DNA of 64,000 nt from Escherichia coli (GCF_002854065.1 NZ_CP024147.1); one strand, 5' to 3'. Positions 14,129 through 26,527 are shown, numbered from the stretch's first letter. A program made the numbers and translations. The notes: generated from the sequence alone by a model not told the origin.

Positions 14129-15403
14129 TTATTTCCAGCAAATCAGACAGTAATTCTTTTTGCCGCGACGCAGTAAGGTAAAACGACCAAACAGACGATC
14201 TTCTTCTTTAAAGAAGTATTCAGGATCGGACTGTTTTTCACCGTTAATGGTGATGGCATTGGAGGCGATAGTTTTACGCGCCTGACCACGGGAAGGTTGC
14301 AGTTCAGAATCGACCAGCGCCTGCATCAGGTCTGCGCCCTTTTCCATCTCAACCATCGGTACGCCGTCCTGCGCCAGCTGTTCGAAGTCCGCTTCAGTCA
14401 GCGCACTCAAGGAACCGCTGAACAGGCATTCGGTAATACGTTTTGCCGCCTGCAAACCTTCTTCACCGTGAACCAGACGAGTCACCTGCTCCGCCAGTAC
14501 ATACTGGGCGCGCGGTGCTTTACCGCTATTTTTATCTTCTTCTTCCAGGGCGTTGATCTCTTCAATGCTCATAAAGGTGAAGAACTTCAGGAAGCGGTAA
14601 ACGTCGGCATCCGCAGTGTTGATCCAGAACTGGTAGAATTTGTACGGGCTGGTTTTCTTCGGATCCAACCAGACTGCGCCGCCTTCAGTTTTACCAAATT
14701 TGGTGCCGTCTGCTTTGGTGATCAGCGGAACGGTCAGGCCAAACACCTGATTCTGATGCAGACGACGGGTCAGGTCGATACCAGAAGTGATGTTACCCCA
14801 CTGGTCAGAACCACCAATTTGCAGCACCACACCGTACTGTTTGTTCAGACAGGCGAAGTCATAACCCTGCAACAGGTTGTAGGAAAACTCAGTGAACGAA
14901 ATCCCCTGATCTTCACGGTTGAGACGCTGCTTAACCGCTTCTTTGTTGATCATCTGGTTAACGGAGAAGTGTTTGCCAATATCGCGCAGGAAGGTCAGCA
15001 CATTCATATTGCCGAACCAGTCATAGTTGTTCGCCGCGATAGCAGAGTTTTCTCCACAGTCGAAATCGAGGAACGGGGCAACCTGCTTGCGGATTTTGTC
15101 CACCCACTCCTGAACAGTTTCTTCGGTGTTCAGCTTACGCTCGGCAGCTTTGAAGCTCGGGTCGCCAATCAGACCCGTCGCGCCGCCTACCAGCGCAACC
15201 GGCTTGTGGCCCGCCTGCTGGAAGCGTTTCAGGCATAACAATGGAACAAGATGCCCCAAATGCAAGCTGTCAGCGGTAGGATCGAAGCCGCAATAGAGCG
15301 CGATCGGGCCTTGCGCCAGTCGCTCTGCTAACGCTTCCTCGTCCGTCACCTGGGCTACCAGCCCCCGCTCTTGCAATTGTTTAATCAAGTTACTGCTTGC
15401 CAT
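14129..15403 (-). CDS. tyrS: tyrosine--tRNA ligase
   Basis: ORF track 14129..15415; start trimmed to [14 protein letters not shown] (424 aa); class I HIGH motif (HLGH) and KMSKS-like KFGKT present. Confidence 0.95.
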   Translation of the reverse strand: MASSNLIKQLQERGLVAQVTDEEALAERLAQGPIALYCGFDPTADSLHLGHLVPLLCLKRFQQAGHKPVALVGGATGLIGDPSFKAAERKLNTEETVQEWVDKIRKQVAPFLDFDCGENSAIAANNYDWFGNMNVLTFLRDIGKHFSVNQMINKEAVKQRLNREDQGISFTEFSYNLLQGYDFACLNKQYGVVLQIGGSDQWGNITSGIDLTRRLHQNQVFGLTVPLITKADGTKFGKTEGGAVWLDPKKTSPYKFYQFWINTADADVYRFLKFFTFMSIEEINALEEEDKNSGKAPRAQYVLAEQVTRLVHGEEGLQAAKRITECLFSGSLSALTEADFEQLAQDGVPMVEMEKGADLMQALVDSELQPSRGQARKTIASNAITINGEKQSDPEYFFKEEDRLFGRFTLLRRGKKNYCLICWK

Positions 15404-15531
15404 CAAAATCTCCATGTATATAACGACTGCACCTTTGCCGGTACACGACTTTTCGCCAGATGCGAAAGAGACATAGAATAAAGTGCCAGAATCAGGAGTA
15501 CCAGCGATTAAAGCAAGATTTTTGCATCTTT

Positions 15532-16188
15532 TCAGGGTGCAAGACGATCAATCTTCCACGCATCATTTTCACGCTGGTACAAAAAGCGGTCATGCAGGCG
15601 ATGCTCACCACCCTGCCAGAACTCAATCTGTTCAAGGCTGACGCGAAAACCGCCCCAAAAGCTCGGCAATGGCACTTCGCCCTGTTGAAACTTCTGCTTC
15701 AGCTCCAGGAATTTACTTTCAAGGATACCGCGGGCAGAAATGCGACTGGACTGCTTCGAAACCCATGCACCAATCTGGCTATCACGCGGGCGGCTATGAA
15801 AATATTTCATCACTTCGAGAGTCGAAAGTCGTTCCGCTTTACCGATCACCATCACCTGGCGCTCAAGGGTATGCCACGGGAACAGCAGGCTAACGCGCGG
15901 ATTATTTTCGATTTGATGTGCTTTACGGCTGCCGAGGTTGGTGTAAAACACCATGCCTTTTTCGTCGTAATGTTTGAGTAAAACGATGCGCTGATAAGGC
16001 TGACCATGTTCATCCACGGTAGCGACCACCATCGCGGTAGGGTCCGCCAGTTTGGCTTCACAAGCCTGAGAGAGCCAACGTTCAAAAAGGGTTAATGGAT
16101 CGGCGGGAAGATCGCGGCGGCGTAACCCGCCTTTGGTGTATTCACGGCGCAGATGCGCGATTTGCTGCAATTCGTCGTTATCAGACAT
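15532..16188 (-). CDS. pdxH: pyridoxine/pyridoxamine 5'-phosphate oxidase
   Basis: 218-aa ORF; recognised. Confidence 0.95.
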
Positions 16189-16246
16189 GGTTTTCTTTAC
16201 GGATTGTCAGTGGGTGACGCTATTGTGCGCCGCCCCTGGAAAAATC

Positions 16247-16576
16247 TCAACGCTGTGAATTTTGTAACTGACAGTTATTCAAGACGATGCGGTCGCGTTT
16301 ATAGACAGTCGCTTCCTCGCCTTTCGACCAGAAAACATAGATTCCGTCAGTGTAACGTGCACCAGAGGCTGAAATGCCCTGTTTGAGATGCAGTAGTTGA
16401 TTATCGTAAACAAAACTGACTTCCTGGCGCGGATTATTCAGTTTGACCGTCAACGGTTTTTCATCACACTGGTATTCCAGCGTATCGGTTTGCATGCGCT
16501 CAACCAGTTGATTGAACGCGCTACAGCCGGTGAGAAGCACCGGCAAACAGATCAGTAACAGTTTTTTCATAGACAT
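16247..16576 (-). CDS. mliC: membrane-bound lysozyme inhibitor of C-type lysozyme (lipoprotein)
   Basis: 109-aa ORF with lipoprotein signal [18 protein letters not shown]; recognised (ydhA). Confidence 0.9.
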   Translation of the reverse strand: MSMKKLLLICLPVLLTGCSAFNQLVERMQTDTLEYQCDEKPLTVKLNNPRQEVSFVYDNQLLHLKQGISASGARYTDGIYVFWSKGEEATVYKRDRIVLNNCQLQNSQR

Positions 16577-16673
16577 TTCCCGAAGACTTTCCTGGTCTGG
16601 AGGGCAATACGCCCTCCCTAACGTTCCAAGTGTAACGGCAGACGCGGTAAGAAAAATTCAGTTAACTCTGATA

Positions 16674-17783
16674 TCACGGGTTAGCGGGGAAAATAGCCCC
16701 CAGTACCGTCTCCTGGCTTGCGCCAGTGACGGAAGGCAGATTTCCTGGTAATCCCGCCAGCGTCCGCCAGGCAAGCCAGGCGAAAGCCAATGCTTCCATG
16801 TCATCGCCACTAATGCCAACGGCATCGGTGGTGGTGACTTCTGTGCCTGGCAGTAATGCCGCCAGACGCGCCATGAGTAGCGGATTACGACTACCTCCAC
16901 CACATACCATCAATCGTTCGCAGCCACCGCTCAACAAAACTTGTTCAGAAATGGTCACGGCGGTGAGTTCTGCCAGTGTGGCCTGCACATCACGGGGATC
17001 AACACCCGGAAAATGGCGTAAATGGCGCTCCAGCCAGCCGTAGTTAAAGTATTCGCGTCCGGTGCTTTTCGGTGCAGGTTGCGAGAAATATGGGTCGCTG
17101 AGCATATTTTGCAGCAGTGGGAGAATAACTTTACCCGCCCGTGCCCACTCGGCATCTTTATCGTAAGGTTTACCGGCCTGACGCCAGATCCAGGCATCCA
17201 TCAGCATGTTACCAGGACCGGTATCGTAGCCGCCAACCGGCTGCCCAGGAATGAGCAGTGACAGATTGGCGATGCCGCCAATATTGAGCACCATTCGTCG
17301 CTCGGTTGGGTGAGCCAGAAAGGCATGATGGAACGCAGGTGCCAGCGGTGCGCCTTGTCCTCCCAAGGCAATATCGCGACGGCGAAAATCACCGACAACC
17401 GTAATTCCGGTGCGTGCCACAATTTGATTGTTATCGCCAATCTGTAAAGTGTGTGGTGCCACGCCCGTCGGTTCATGCCAGACGGTTTGACCGTGACAGC
17501 CGATCGCAACTATATCTCTCGCCTGCAGGTTTTGTTCCTTAAGCAAGGCATTGACCGCATCAGCAAAAAGTCGCCCGAGTTGAGTATCAAGCTGTCCAAA
17601 CTGCGAAAGTGTAAGCTGCTGGCCCTGGCAAATATCCAGTACAGCCTGTTTCAGAGACACCGGGATCGGCCAGCTCAAACTTGCCAGCTGTGCGACCCGG
17701 TGTTCATCAATTGTCGCCAACACAACATCAACACCATCAAGGCTGGTGCCTGACATAACGCCAATAAAGCGGCCCGATTTCAT
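16674..17783 (-). CDS. anmK: anhydro-N-acetylmuramic acid kinase
   Basis: 369-aa ORF; recognised ([19 protein letters not shown]...). Confidence 0.95.
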   Translation of the reverse strand: MKSGRFIGVMSGTSLDGVDVVLATIDEHRVAQLASLSWPIPVSLKQAVLDICQGQQLTLSQFGQLDTQLGRLFADAVNALLKEQNLQARDIVAIGCHGQTVWHEPTGVAPHTLQIGDNNQIVARTGITVVGDFRRRDIALGGQGAPLAPAFHHAFLAHPTERRMVLNIGGIANLSLLIPGQPVGGYDTGPGNMLMDAWIWRQAGKPYDKDAEWARAGKVILPLLQNMLSDPYFSQPAPKSTGREYFNYGWLERHLRHFPGVDPRDVQATLAELTAVTISEQVLLSGGCERLMVCGGGSRNPLLMARLAALLPGTEVTTTDAVGISGDDMEALAFAWLAWRTLAGLPGNLPSVTGASQETVLGAIFPANP

Positions 17784-17916
17784 AGTTCATCCTTTTTCAA
17801 TCTGACGTTTGCGCACCACTCAAACATAAACTTTTCGTGAATACCATGCGGAATGACCGATTTTTACCGTTGGTAGTAAAACATTATCTTCAAATCAATA
17901 ATCATCATGAATGTTT

Positions 17917-17933
17917 TGTTTATAATTGGTTGA
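17917..17933 (+). promoter_or_regulatory. putative PhoP box upstream of slyB
   Basis: tgttta-taatt-ggttga approximates (T/G)GTTTA-N5-(T/G)GTTTA direct repeat; slyB is a known PhoPQ regulon member. Confidence 0.3.
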
Positions 17934-18056
17934 TCCTACTTTCATTATGATTTGCTCATATTTGGTAGAACATATAACCATGGATTCACATATGCCATAT
18001 ACTTTGACCATGAGGGATGCTTGCGTGGCGTTTCATGGTGAACAGGAGATTTTTCA

Positions 18057-18524
18057 ATGATTAAACGCGTATTGGTTGTTTCAATGGTAGGTCTGTCTCT
18101 TGTCGGTTGTGTTAATAACGACACCCTGTCAGGGGATGTTTATACCGCTTCTGAAGCGAAACAAGTACAGAATGTCAGCTATGGAACCATCGTTAACGTA
18201 CGTCCGGTACAGATTCAGGGCGGTGATGATTCCAACGTTATCGGTGCAATTGGCGGTGCTGTTCTTGGTGGTTTCCTGGGAAATACTGTTGGTGGCGGAA
18301 CCGGGCGTTCTCTGGCTACTGCAGCAGGCGCTGTTGCAGGTGGCGTAGCTGGTCAGGGCGTACAGAGTGCAATGAACAAAACGCAAGGTGTCGAGCTGGA
18401 AATTCGTAAAGACGATGGTAATACCATCATGGTGGTACAGAAACAAGGCAACACTCGTTTCTCTCCGGGCCAACGTGTCGTACTGGCCAGCAATGGCAGT
18501 CAGGTGACCGTTTCTCCGCGCTAA
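18057..18524 (+). CDS. slyB: outer membrane lipoprotein SlyB (glycine-zipper)
   Basis: 155-aa ORF; lipoprotein signal ...LVGCVNN; Gly-rich GxxxG zipper region; recognised. Confidence 0.95.
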   Translation: MIKRVLVVSMVGLSLVGCVNNDTLSGDVYTASEAKQVQNVSYGTIVNVRPVQIQGGDDSNVIGAIGGAVLGGFLGNTVGGGTGRSLATAAGAVAGGVAGQGVQSAMNKTQGVELEIRKDDGNTIMVVQKQGNTRFSPGQRVVLASNGSQVTVSPR

Positions 18525-18532
18525 ATAAGTTT

Positions 18533-18560
18533 GCGTGTGGTCAGGTTACTGACCACACGC
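18533..18560. terminator. bidirectional terminator hairpin between slyB and slyA
   Basis: gcgtgtggtcag-gtta-ctgaccacacgc perfect 12-bp stem. Confidence 0.7.
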
Positions 18561-18570
18561 CCCCTTCATT

Positions 18571-19005
18571 TCACCCTTTGGCCTGTAACTCAATGATATT
18601 ATGCTCAAGTTTTGCGATGAGCGTAATCAGTTGTTCCAGTTCCTCTGCGGAGATGCCATGTAAGATTTCCGCGCGGGTTTTGTTAATAACAGCTTCCATT
18701 TCGCTGATCAGTGGCTCTGCCTTTTCCGTCAGTTTAATACGTTTAGCCCGACGATCGCTGGCACAAGTTTGACGCGAAATTAACCCTTTTTCTTCCAGTT
18801 GGTCCAGAGTACGGACCAGTGAGGGCTGCTCGATGCCAATCGCTTTTGCCAGTTGAATTTGCGACTGGTCTGGAGGTAACTGATGGATATTGTGTAACGT
18901 AACCCAATGGGTTTGTGTTAACTCCAGCGGTTTCAGGCGATGGTCTATCAGAGCACGCCATATGCGCACCAACCGTGCCAGATCAGAACCTAGTGGCGAT
19001 TCCAA
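18571..19005 (-). CDS. slyA: MarR-family transcriptional regulator SlyA
   Basis: Recognised; track ORF extends to ATG at 19011, but AGGAG (complement of 19012-19016) is spaced correctly for the TTG at 19003-19005 ([13 protein letters not shown]..., 144 aa). Confidence 0.88.
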
Positions 19006-19021
19006 TTTCATCTCCTTATAA

Positions 19022-19033
19022 TTAGCTTGCTAA
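19022..19033. promoter_or_regulatory. SlyA-box-like palindrome in slyA leader (autoregulatory site candidate)
   Basis: ttagcttgctaa is close to the reported SlyA consensus TTAGCAAGCTAA. Confidence 0.45.
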
Positions 19034-19205
19034 GATATTATGCGGCTTTTAGAATAGTGTGCAGCAATTGTATTGCTAAAACAAATGTATTGCTGCATTT
19101 GGTTACCGTCAGACATATTTTTCAGAAATTGCGCGTAAATTTTTCGCACTTAAAGAATATTTATTAATCTAACGCAATATATTCGGTCGTAAAGGAATCT
19201 ACTTT

Positions 19206-19442
19206 GTGAAGTTTATGCTCAATGCAACAGGATTGCCCTTACAAGATCTGGTGTTCGGTGCGTCCGTCTATTTTCCTCCGTTTTTCAAAGCCTTCGCGTT
19301 TGGATTCGTCATCTGGCTTGTCGTACACCGCCTGCTTCGTGGCTGGATCTACGCCGGTGACATCTGGCATCCCTTGTTAATGGATTTATCGCTGTTTGCG
19401 ATTTGCGTTTGCCTTGCTCTGGCAATACTGATTGCGTGGTAA
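19206..19442 (+). CDS. ydhI: small inner-membrane protein YdhI (DUF1656)
   Basis: 78-aa hydrophobic ORF; divergent from slyA; first gene of ydhIJK. Confidence 0.85.
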
Positions 19443-19444
19443 CT

Positions 19445-20302
19445 ATGTCAATTAAAACAATTAAGTATTTCTCAACAATCATTGTAGCGGTAGTTGCGGT
19501 TCTTGCCGGATGGTGGCTGTGGAATTATTACATGCAATCTCCGTGGACACGCGACGGGAAAATACGCGCAGAACAGGTTTCTATCACCCCACAGGTGTCG
19601 GGACGTATTGTTGAGCTGAATATAAAAGACAACCAGCTGGTTAATGCGGGGGATCTTATGCTCACGATCGATAAAACGCCCTTTCAGATCGCCGAGCTGA
19701 ACGCACAGGCTCAGCTGGCGAAAGCGCAATCTGACCTCGCAAAAGCCAATAACGAAGCGAATCGTCGTCGTCATCTCTCACAAAATTTTATTTCTGCCGA
19801 AGAACTCGATACCGCTAACCTCAATGTTAAAGCGATGCAGGCCAGTGTTAATGCCGCACAGGCGACGCTGAAACAGGCACAATGGCAACTGGCGCAAACG
19901 GAAATTCGCGCCCCGGTGAGTGGATGGGTGACTAACCTTACTACCCGCATCGGCGATTACGCTGATACCGGGAAACCGCTGTTTGCCCTTGTCGACAGCA
20001 ACTCGTTTTACGTCATTGGTTATTTTGAAGAAACCAAGTTGCGCCATATCCGCGAAGGTGCACCAGCACAAATTACCCTCTATAGTGATAACAAAACGTT
20101 ACAGGGTCACGTTTCCAGTATCGGTCGGGCGATTTATGATCAGAGCGTTGAAAGTGACTCAAGCCTTATTCCGGATGTGAAACCTAACGTCCCCTGGGTT
20201 CGACTCGCCCAACGCGTTCCCGTCCGCTTTGCGCTGGATAAAGTCCCAGGCGATGTCACGCTGGTGTCGGGCACCACCTGTAGCATTGCCGTAGGTCAAT
20301 AA
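19445..20302 (+). CDS. ydhJ: HlyD/AaeA-like membrane fusion protein
   Basis: ORF track 19403..20302; start trimmed to MSIKTIKYF (285 aa), 2 nt after ydhI stop; coiled-coil region. Confidence 0.88.
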   Translation: MSIKTIKYFSTIIVAVVAVLAGWWLWNYYMQSPWTRDGKIRAEQVSITPQVSGRIVELNIKDNQLVNAGDLMLTIDKTPFQIAELNAQAQLAKAQSDLAKANNEANRRRHLSQNFISAEELDTANLNVKAMQASVNAAQATLKQAQWQLAQTEIRAPVSGWVTNLTTRIGDYADTGKPLFALVDSNSFYVIGYFEETKLRHIREGAPAQITLYSDNKTLQGHVSSIGRAIYDQSVESDSSLIPDVKPNVPWVRLAQRVPVRFALDKVPGDVTLVSGTTCSIAVGQ

Positions 20303-22314
20303 TGAACGCATCGTCATGGTCCTTGCGCAATTTGCCCTGGTTCAGGGCCACGCTGGCGCAATGGCGTTATGCGTTACGCAATACCATTGCCATGTGTCTG
20401 GCGCTGACGGTTGCCTATTATTTAAATCTGGATGAACCCTATTGGGCGATGACCTCGGCTGCAGTGGTTAGCTTTCCCACCGTTGGCGGTGTTATCAGCA
20501 AAAGCCTCGGACGCATCGCTGGCAGTTTGCTCGGAGCCATTGCGGCACTGCTTCTTGCCGGACATACACTTAATGAGCCGTGGTTTTTTCTATTGAGCAT
20601 GGCGGCGTGGCTTGGCTTTTGTACCTGGGCCTGTGCGCACTTCACGAATAATGTCGCGTATGCATTTCAACTGGCGGGCTACACGGCTGCCATCATCGCC
20701 TTTCCGATGGTTAATATTACTGAGGCCAGCCAGCTGTGGGATATCGCTCAGGCGCGCGTTTGCGAGGTGATTGTCGGTATTTTGTGCGGCGGCATGATGA
20801 TGATGATCCTGCCTAGCAGTTCCGATGCTACAGCCCTTTTAACCGCATTGAAAAACATGCACGCCCGACTACTTGAACATGCCAGTTTACTCTGGCAGCC
20901 TGAAACAACCGATGCCATTCGTGCAGCACATGAAGGGGTGATTGGGCAGATACTGACCATGAATTTGCTGCGTATCCAGGCTTTCTGGAGCCACTATCGT
21001 TTTCGCCAGCAAAACGCGCGCCTTAATGCGCTGCTCCACCAGCAATTACGTATGACCAGTGTCATCTCCAGCCTGCGACGTATGTTGCTCAACTGGCCCT
21101 CACCGCCAGGTGCCACACGAGAAATTCTCGAACAGTTGCTGACGGCGCTCGCCAGTTCGCAAACAGATGTTTACACCGTCGCACGTATTATCGCCCCGCT
21201 ACGCCCGACCAACGTCGCCGACTATCGGCACGTCGCCTTCTGGCAGCGACTACGTTATTTTTGCCGCCTTTATCTGCAAAGTAGTCAGGAATTACATCGT
21301 CTGCAAAGCGGTGTAGATGATCATACCAGACTCCCACGGACATCCGGCCTGGCTCGTCATACCGATAACGCCGAAGCTATGTGGAGCGGGCTGCGTACAT
21401 TTTGTACGTTGATGATGATTGGCGCATGGAGTATTGCTTCGCAATGGGATGCCGGTGCCAATGCATTAACGCTGGCAGCAATTAGCTGCGTACTCTACTC
21501 CGCCGTCGCAGCACCGTTTAAGTCGTTGTCACTGCTGATGCGCACGCTGGTGTTACTTTCGCTATTCAGCTTTGTGGTCAAATTTGGTCTGATGGTCCAG
21601 ATTAGCGATCTGTGGCAATTTTTACTGTTTCTCTTTCCACTGCTGGCGACAATGCAGCTTCTTAAATTGCAGATGCCCAAATTTGCCGCATTGTGGGGGC
21701 AACTGATTGTTTTTATGGGTTCTTTTATCGCTGTCACTAATCCCCCGGTGTATGATTTTGCTGATTTTCTTAACGATAATCTGGCAAAAATCGTTGGCGT
21801 CGCGTTGGCGTGGTTAGCGTTCGCGATTCTGCGTCCAGGATCGGATGCTCGCAAAAGCCGCCGCCATATTCGCGCGCTGCGCCGGGATTTTGTCGATCAA
21901 CTAAGCCGCCATCCAACACTGAGTGAAAGCGAATTTGAATCGCTCACTTATCATCACGTCAGTCAGTTGAGTAACAGCCAGGATGCGCTGGCTCGCCGTT
22001 GGTTATTACGCTGGGGTGTAGTGCTGCTGAACTGTTCTCATGTTGTCTGGCAATTACGCGACTGGGAATCGCGTTCCGATCCGTTATCGCGAGTACGGGA
22101 TAACTGTATTTCACTGTTGCGGGGAGTGATGAGTGAGCGTGGCGTTCAGCAAAAATCACTGGCGGCCACACTTGAAGAATTACAGCGGATTTGCGACAGC
22201 CTTGCCCGTCATCATCAACCTGCCGCCCGTGAGCTGGCGGCAATTGTCTGGCGGCTGTACTGCTCGCTTTCGCAACTTGAGCAAGCACCACCGCAAGGTA
22301 CGCTGGCCTCTTAA
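20302..22314 (+). CDS. ydhK: AaeB/fusaric-acid-resistance family efflux protein
   Basis: 670-aa ORF with two hydrophobic membrane blocks; start overlaps ydhJ stop. Confidence 0.88.
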   Translation: MNASSWSLRNLPWFRATLAQWRYALRNTIAMCLALTVAYYLNLDEPYWAMTSAAVVSFPTVGGVISKSLGRIAGSLLGAIAALLLAGHTLNEPWFFLLSMAAWLGFCTWACAHFTNNVAYAFQLAGYTAAIIAFPMVNITEASQLWDIAQARVCEVIVGILCGGMMMMILPSSSDATALLTALKNMHARLLEHASLLWQPETTDAIRAAHEGVIGQILTMNLLRIQAFWSHYRFRQQNARLNALLHQQLRMTSVISSLRRMLLNWPSPPGATREILEQLLTALASSQTDVYTVARIIAPLRPTNVADYRHVAFWQRLRYFCRLYLQSSQELHRLQSGVDDHTRLPRTSGLARHTDNAEAMWSGLRTFCTLMMIGAWSIASQWDAGANALTLAAISCVLYSAVAAPFKSLSLLMRTLVLLSLFSFVVKFGLMVQISDLWQFLLFLFPLLATMQLLKLQMPKFAALWGQLIVFMGSFIAVTNPPVYDFADFLNDNLAKIVGVALAWLAFAILRPGSDARKSRRHIRALRRDFVDQLSRHPTLSESEFESLTYHHVSQLSNSQDALARRWLLRWGVVLLNCSHVVWQLRDWESRSDPLSRVRDNCISLLRGVMSERGVQQKSLAATLEELQRICDSLARHHQPAARELAAIVWRLYCSLSQLEQAPPQGTLAS

Positions 22315-22836
22315 TTACTTAATTACACCACAGGCATAGCGTTCACCGCCACCGCCCAGCGGTTTAGGTTGATCGGACATATTATCGCCGCCAACGTGGA
22401 CCATCAGCGCTTTGTCTTTGATTTCATCCAGTGATTTCAGACGAGGCGCGATGACGGCATTGGTAGCTTTGCCGTCATTATTGACGACCAGTGCAGGCAG
22501 ATCGCCTAAATGCCCGGCACCTTCTGGCCCTTCATGTTTACCGGTATTTTGTGGATCAAGATGCCCGCCTGCGGATTCCGCGGCGCTGGCTTTGCCATCT
22601 TTGGTGGCTGGCTGGCAGCTTCCTTTGGCATGAATATGGAAGCCATGTTCACCGGGGGGTAATGCTTTCAGATCGGGCGAAAACTCCAGACCTTTATCGG
22701 TTTCAGTAATGGTGACGCTACCAATTGACTGCCCAACCCCTTGCGACGTGACGAGGTTCATCTCGACTTTTTCACTGGCAGCTTGTGCGCCGGTCGCAAC
22801 AACCAGCGCCAGAATGGCCAGACTAAAACGTTTCAT
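22315..22836 (-). CDS. sodC: periplasmic Cu,Zn superoxide dismutase
   Basis: ORF track 22315..22887; start trimmed to MKRFSLAILALVVATGAQA signal peptide (173 aa); His-rich metal site GFHIHAKGSC. Confidence 0.93.
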   Translation of the reverse strand: MKRFSLAILALVVATGAQAASEKVEMNLVTSQGVGQSIGSVTITETDKGLEFSPDLKALPPGEHGFHIHAKGSCQPATKDGKASAAESAGGHLDPQNTGKHEGPEGAGHLGDLPALVVNNDGKATNAVIAPRLKSLDEIKDKALMVHVGGDNMSDQPKPLGGGGERYACGVIK

Positions 22837-22916
22837 AGGACCTCCGTTCATTGTGCATTCCTGAATAAGTGTAAACCAGTGACACATTTTTGAACGGCGG
22901 CTATTCCTAAAAGTGC

Positions 22917-23813
22917 TTACGGTACGTCGTACCCCAGTGCCGCTTTACGGATACGAAACCATTGTTGACGGGTCATTTTCAGTGTTTCTGCTTCGACAGC
23001 TGCCCGTACGCGCTCAATTTTACCTGAGCCGATAATTGGCAGCGGCTGCGACGGTAAACGTAATACCCAGGCGTAAACCACCTGTTCAATCGAGCCCGCG
23101 TTTAACTCCTCCGCCACCACAGCCAGTTCATCACGCAGCGGCTGGAAATAATCATCATTAAACAGACGACCACCACCAAGGCAGGACCACGCCATCGGAC
23201 GAACACGCAGTTGTTGCAGTTGGTCGAGCGTGCCATCCAGCAGTAACGGCTGATGTACCGGGGATATTTCCACCTGATTAGTGGCAAGGGTAAACGGCAG
23301 ACGTGATTGCAACAGGGCAAATTGCGCAGGCGTAAAGTTCGATACGCCAAAATGACGCACTTTGCCGCTCTGATGCAGATGTTTGAACGCGTCCGCCACT
23401 TCATCGGCATCCATTAACGGGTCCGGGCGGTGGATTAACAGCAGATCCAGATGATCGGTCGCAAGATTAATTAGCGACTGTTCGGCGCTCTTAATGATGT
23501 GATCGCGGTCAGTGATGTAATGACCAATGACGTTTTCTTCACGCGCGGTCGTCGCGATACCGCATTTACTGACGATTTCCATCCGCTCACGCAGGTGAGG
23601 TGCCAGTTTCAGCGCCTCGCCAAACGCCGCTTCGCACTGATAGCCACCATAAATATCAGCATGGTCCACGGTGGTCACGCCGAGATCCAGATGCTCTTCA
23701 ATAAAACTGACCAGCTGGCGGGCGGACATATTCCAGTCCATCAATCGCCAGTAGCCCATCACAAAACGGGAAAACTCCGGGCCTTGCGGCGCAATAGTAA
23801 TACGCTGAACCAT
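22917..23813 (-). CDS. ydhF: aldo/keto reductase family oxidoreductase
   Basis: 298-aa ORF; recognised. Confidence 0.9.
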   Translation of the reverse strand: MVQRITIAPQGPEFSRFVMGYWRLMDWNMSARQLVSFIEEHLDLGVTTVDHADIYGGYQCEAAFGEALKLAPHLRERMEIVSKCGIATTAREENVIGHYITDRDHIIKSAEQSLINLATDHLDLLLIHRPDPLMDADEVADAFKHLHQSGKVRHFGVSNFTPAQFALLQSRLPFTLATNQVEISPVHQPLLLDGTLDQLQQLRVRPMAWSCLGGGRLFNDDYFQPLRDELAVVAEELNAGSIEQVVYAWVLRLPSQPLPIIGSGKIERVRAAVEAETLKMTRQQWFRIRKAALGYDVP

Positions 23814-23861
23814 ATTCGCTTCCTCTTATCAGATATGAGAGGAGTATACGCAAGATTAGGC

Positions 23862-24101
23862 TCAAAAGAGTGATGGTTGCTCCGGTTCGTCTGATGACGC
23901 TGGCTTATTTGCACGTAATTTGCGCATTAATCGCTGCCGACAAAGGCGCAGCACCTCTTGTTTTTCGCCATCGCTCATTTTATTCCAGTTAAAACGCTCA
24001 TCCCGGCTTCGAAAACAGCCGCGACAAAACCCGCGTTCGTCAGACTGGCAAATTCCCCGGCACGGGCTCTGGACGGGAAAGAACTCTAATTGCTCCGCCA
24101 C
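23862..24101 (-). CDS. ydhL: DUF1289 Cys-rich small protein
   Basis: 79-aa ORF with CRGIC...CRGC motifs. Confidence 0.85.
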   Translation of the reverse strand: MAEQLEFFPVQSPCRGICQSDERGFCRGCFRSRDERFNWNKMSDGEKQEVLRLCRQRLMRKLRANKPASSDEPEQPSLF

Positions 24102-24173
24102 TTAGCCCTCCTCAGATAAGATTATTACCATTATTGAAGCTGTTAATGTCCAAAGTAGCAACTTTGCTTGCAC

Positions 24174-24189
24174 TAGACCGACTGGTCTA
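24174..24189. promoter_or_regulatory. NemR operator (perfect palindrome) in nemR promoter
   Basis: tagaccgactggtcta, perfect 6-4-6 inverted repeat 15 bp upstream of nemR start; matches the NemR box as I recall it. Confidence 0.7.
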
Positions 24190-24203
24190 CTACACTCCAA
24201 CAC

Positions 24204-24803
24204 ATGAACAAACACACCGAACATGATACTCGCGAACATCTCCTGGCGACGGGCGAGCAACTTTGCCTGCAACGTGGATTCACCGGGATGGGGCTAAGCG
24301 AATTACTAAAAACCGCTGAAGTGCCGAAAGGGTCCTTCTATCACTACTTTCGCTCTAAAGAGGCGTTTGGCGTTGCCATGCTTGAGCGCCATTATGCCGC
24401 ATATCACCAGCGACTGACTGAGTTGCTGCAATCCGGCGAAGGTAACTACCGCGACCGCATACTGGCTTATTACCAGCAAACACTGAACCAGTTTTGCCAA
24501 CATGGAACCATCAGTGGTTGCCTGACAGTAAAACTCTCTGCCGAAGTGTGCGATCTTTCAGAAGATATGCGTAGCGCGATGGATAAAGGCGCTCGCGGCG
24601 TGATCGCCCTGCTCTCGCAGGCTCTGGAAAATGGCCGTGAGAACCACTGTTTAACCTTTTGTGGCGAACCGCTGCAACAGGCACAAGTGCTTTACGCACT
24701 ATGGCTGGGTGCGAATCTGCAGGCCAAAATTTCGCGCAGTTTCGAGCCGCTGGAAAACGCGCTGGCACATGTAAAAAACATTATTGCGACGCCTGCCGTT
24801 TAG
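24204..24803 (+). CDS. nemR: TetR-family electrophile-sensing repressor NemR
   Basis: 199-aa ORF; N-terminal TetR HTH; recognised. Confidence 0.93.
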   Translation: MNKHTEHDTREHLLATGEQLCLQRGFTGMGLSELLKTAEVPKGSFYHYFRSKEAFGVAMLERHYAAYHQRLTELLQSGEGNYRDRILAYYQQTLNQFCQHGTISGCLTVKLSAEVCDLSEDMRSAMDKGARGVIALLSQALENGRENHCLTFCGEPLQQAQVLYALWLGANLQAKISRSFEPLENALAHVKNIIATPAV

Positions 24804-24839
24804 CAGGCATTTTTTATCACCAGACGACCGGGAGCCTTT

Positions 24840-25937
24840 ATGTCATCTGAAAAACTGTATTCCCCACTGAAAGTGGGCGCAATAACTGCGGCAAACCGTA
24901 TTTTTATGGCACCGCTGACGCGTCTGCGCAGTATTGAACCGGGTGACATCCCTACCCCGTTGATGGCGGAATACTATCGCCAACGTGCCAGTGCCGGTTT
25001 GATTATTAGCGAAGCCACGCAAATTTCTGCCCAGGCAAAAGGGTATGCTGGTGCACCTGGCATCCATAGTCCGGAACAAATTGCCGCATGGAAAAAAATT
25101 ACCGCTGGCGTTCATGCTGAAAATGGACATATGGCCGTACAGCTGTGGCACACCGGACGCATTTCTCACGCCAGCCTGCAACCTGGCGGTCAGGCACCGG
25201 TAGCGCCTTCAGCACTTAGCGCGGGAACACGTACTTCTCTGCGCGATGAAAATGGTCAGGCGATCCGTGTTGAAACATCCATGCCGCGTGCGCTTGAACT
25301 GGAAGAGATTCCAGGTATCGTCAATGATTTCCGTCAGGCCATTGCTAACGCGCGTGAAGCCGGTTTTGATCTGGTAGAGCTCCACTCTGCTCACGGTTAT
25401 TTGCTGCATCAGTTCCTTTCCCCTTCTTCAAACCATCGTACCGATCAGTACGGCGGCAGCGTGGAAAATCGCGCACGTTTGGTACTGGAAGTGGTCGATG
25501 CCGGGATTGAAGAATGGGGTGCCGATCGCATTGGCATTCGCGTTTCGCCAATCGGTACTTTCCAGAACACGGATAACGGCCCGAATGAAGAAGCCGATGC
25601 ACTGTATCTGATTGAACAACTGGGTAAACGCGGCATTGCTTATCTGCATATGTCAGAACCAGATTGGGCGGGGGGTGAACCGTATACTGATGCGTTCCGC
25701 GAAAAAGTACGCGCCCGTTTCCACGGTCCGATTATCGGCGCAGGTGCATACACGGTAGAAAAAGCCGAAACGCTGATTGGCAAAGGGTTAATTGATGCGG
25801 TGGCATTTGGTCGTGACTGGATTGCGAACCCGGATCTGGTCGCCCGCTTGCAGCGCAGAGCTGAGCTTAACCCACAACGTGCCGAAAGTTTCTACGGTGG
25901 CGGCGCGGAAGGCTATACCGATTACCCGACGTTGTAA
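24840..25937 (+). CDS. nemA: N-ethylmaleimide reductase (Old Yellow Enzyme family, FMN)
   Basis: 365-aa ORF; recognised. Confidence 0.95.
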
Positions 25938-26017
25938 TCCAACATTGCGAGCGGCGTAAAGCCGCCGCTATACTAAAACAACATTTTGAATCTGTTAGCC
26001 ATTTTGAGGATAAAAAG

Positions 26018-26425
26018 ATGCGTCTTCTTCATACCATGCTGCGCGTTGGCGATTTGCAACGCTCCATCGATTTTTATACCAAAGTTCTGGGCATGAAACT
26101 GCTGCGTACCAGCGAAAACCCGGAATACAAATACTCACTGGCGTTTGTTGGCTACGGCCCGGAAACCGAAGAAGCGGTGATTGAACTGACCTACAACTGG
26201 GGCGTGGATAAATACGAACTCGGCACTGCTTATGGTCACATCGCGCTTAGCGTAGATAATGCCGCTGAAGCGTGCGAAAAAATCCGTCAAAACGGGGGTA
26301 ACGTGACCCGTGAAGCGGGTCCGGTAAAAGGCGGTACTACGGTTATCGCGTTTGTGGAAGATCCGGACGGTTACAAAATTGAGTTAATCGAAGAGAAAGA
26401 CGCCGGTCGCGGTCTGGGCAACTAA
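26018..26425 (+). CDS. gloA: glyoxalase I (lactoylglutathione lyase)
   Basis: 135-aa [29 protein letters not shown]...; recognised. Confidence 0.95.
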
Positions 26426-26527
26426 TCTCCTGCCGGGCGTGAACTCCTCGCGCCCGCATCTTTACTGCATCGACAAGTAATATTTGTCATAATGCGCGCT
26501 GCAATTTATCCGTATTAAGAGAATCAG

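Noticed and set aside
14297-15238. 313-aa plus-strand ORF antisense to tyrS
   Set aside because: Embedded antisense in an essential, well-recognised gene; typical artefact of high GC3 codon bias on the opposite strand.
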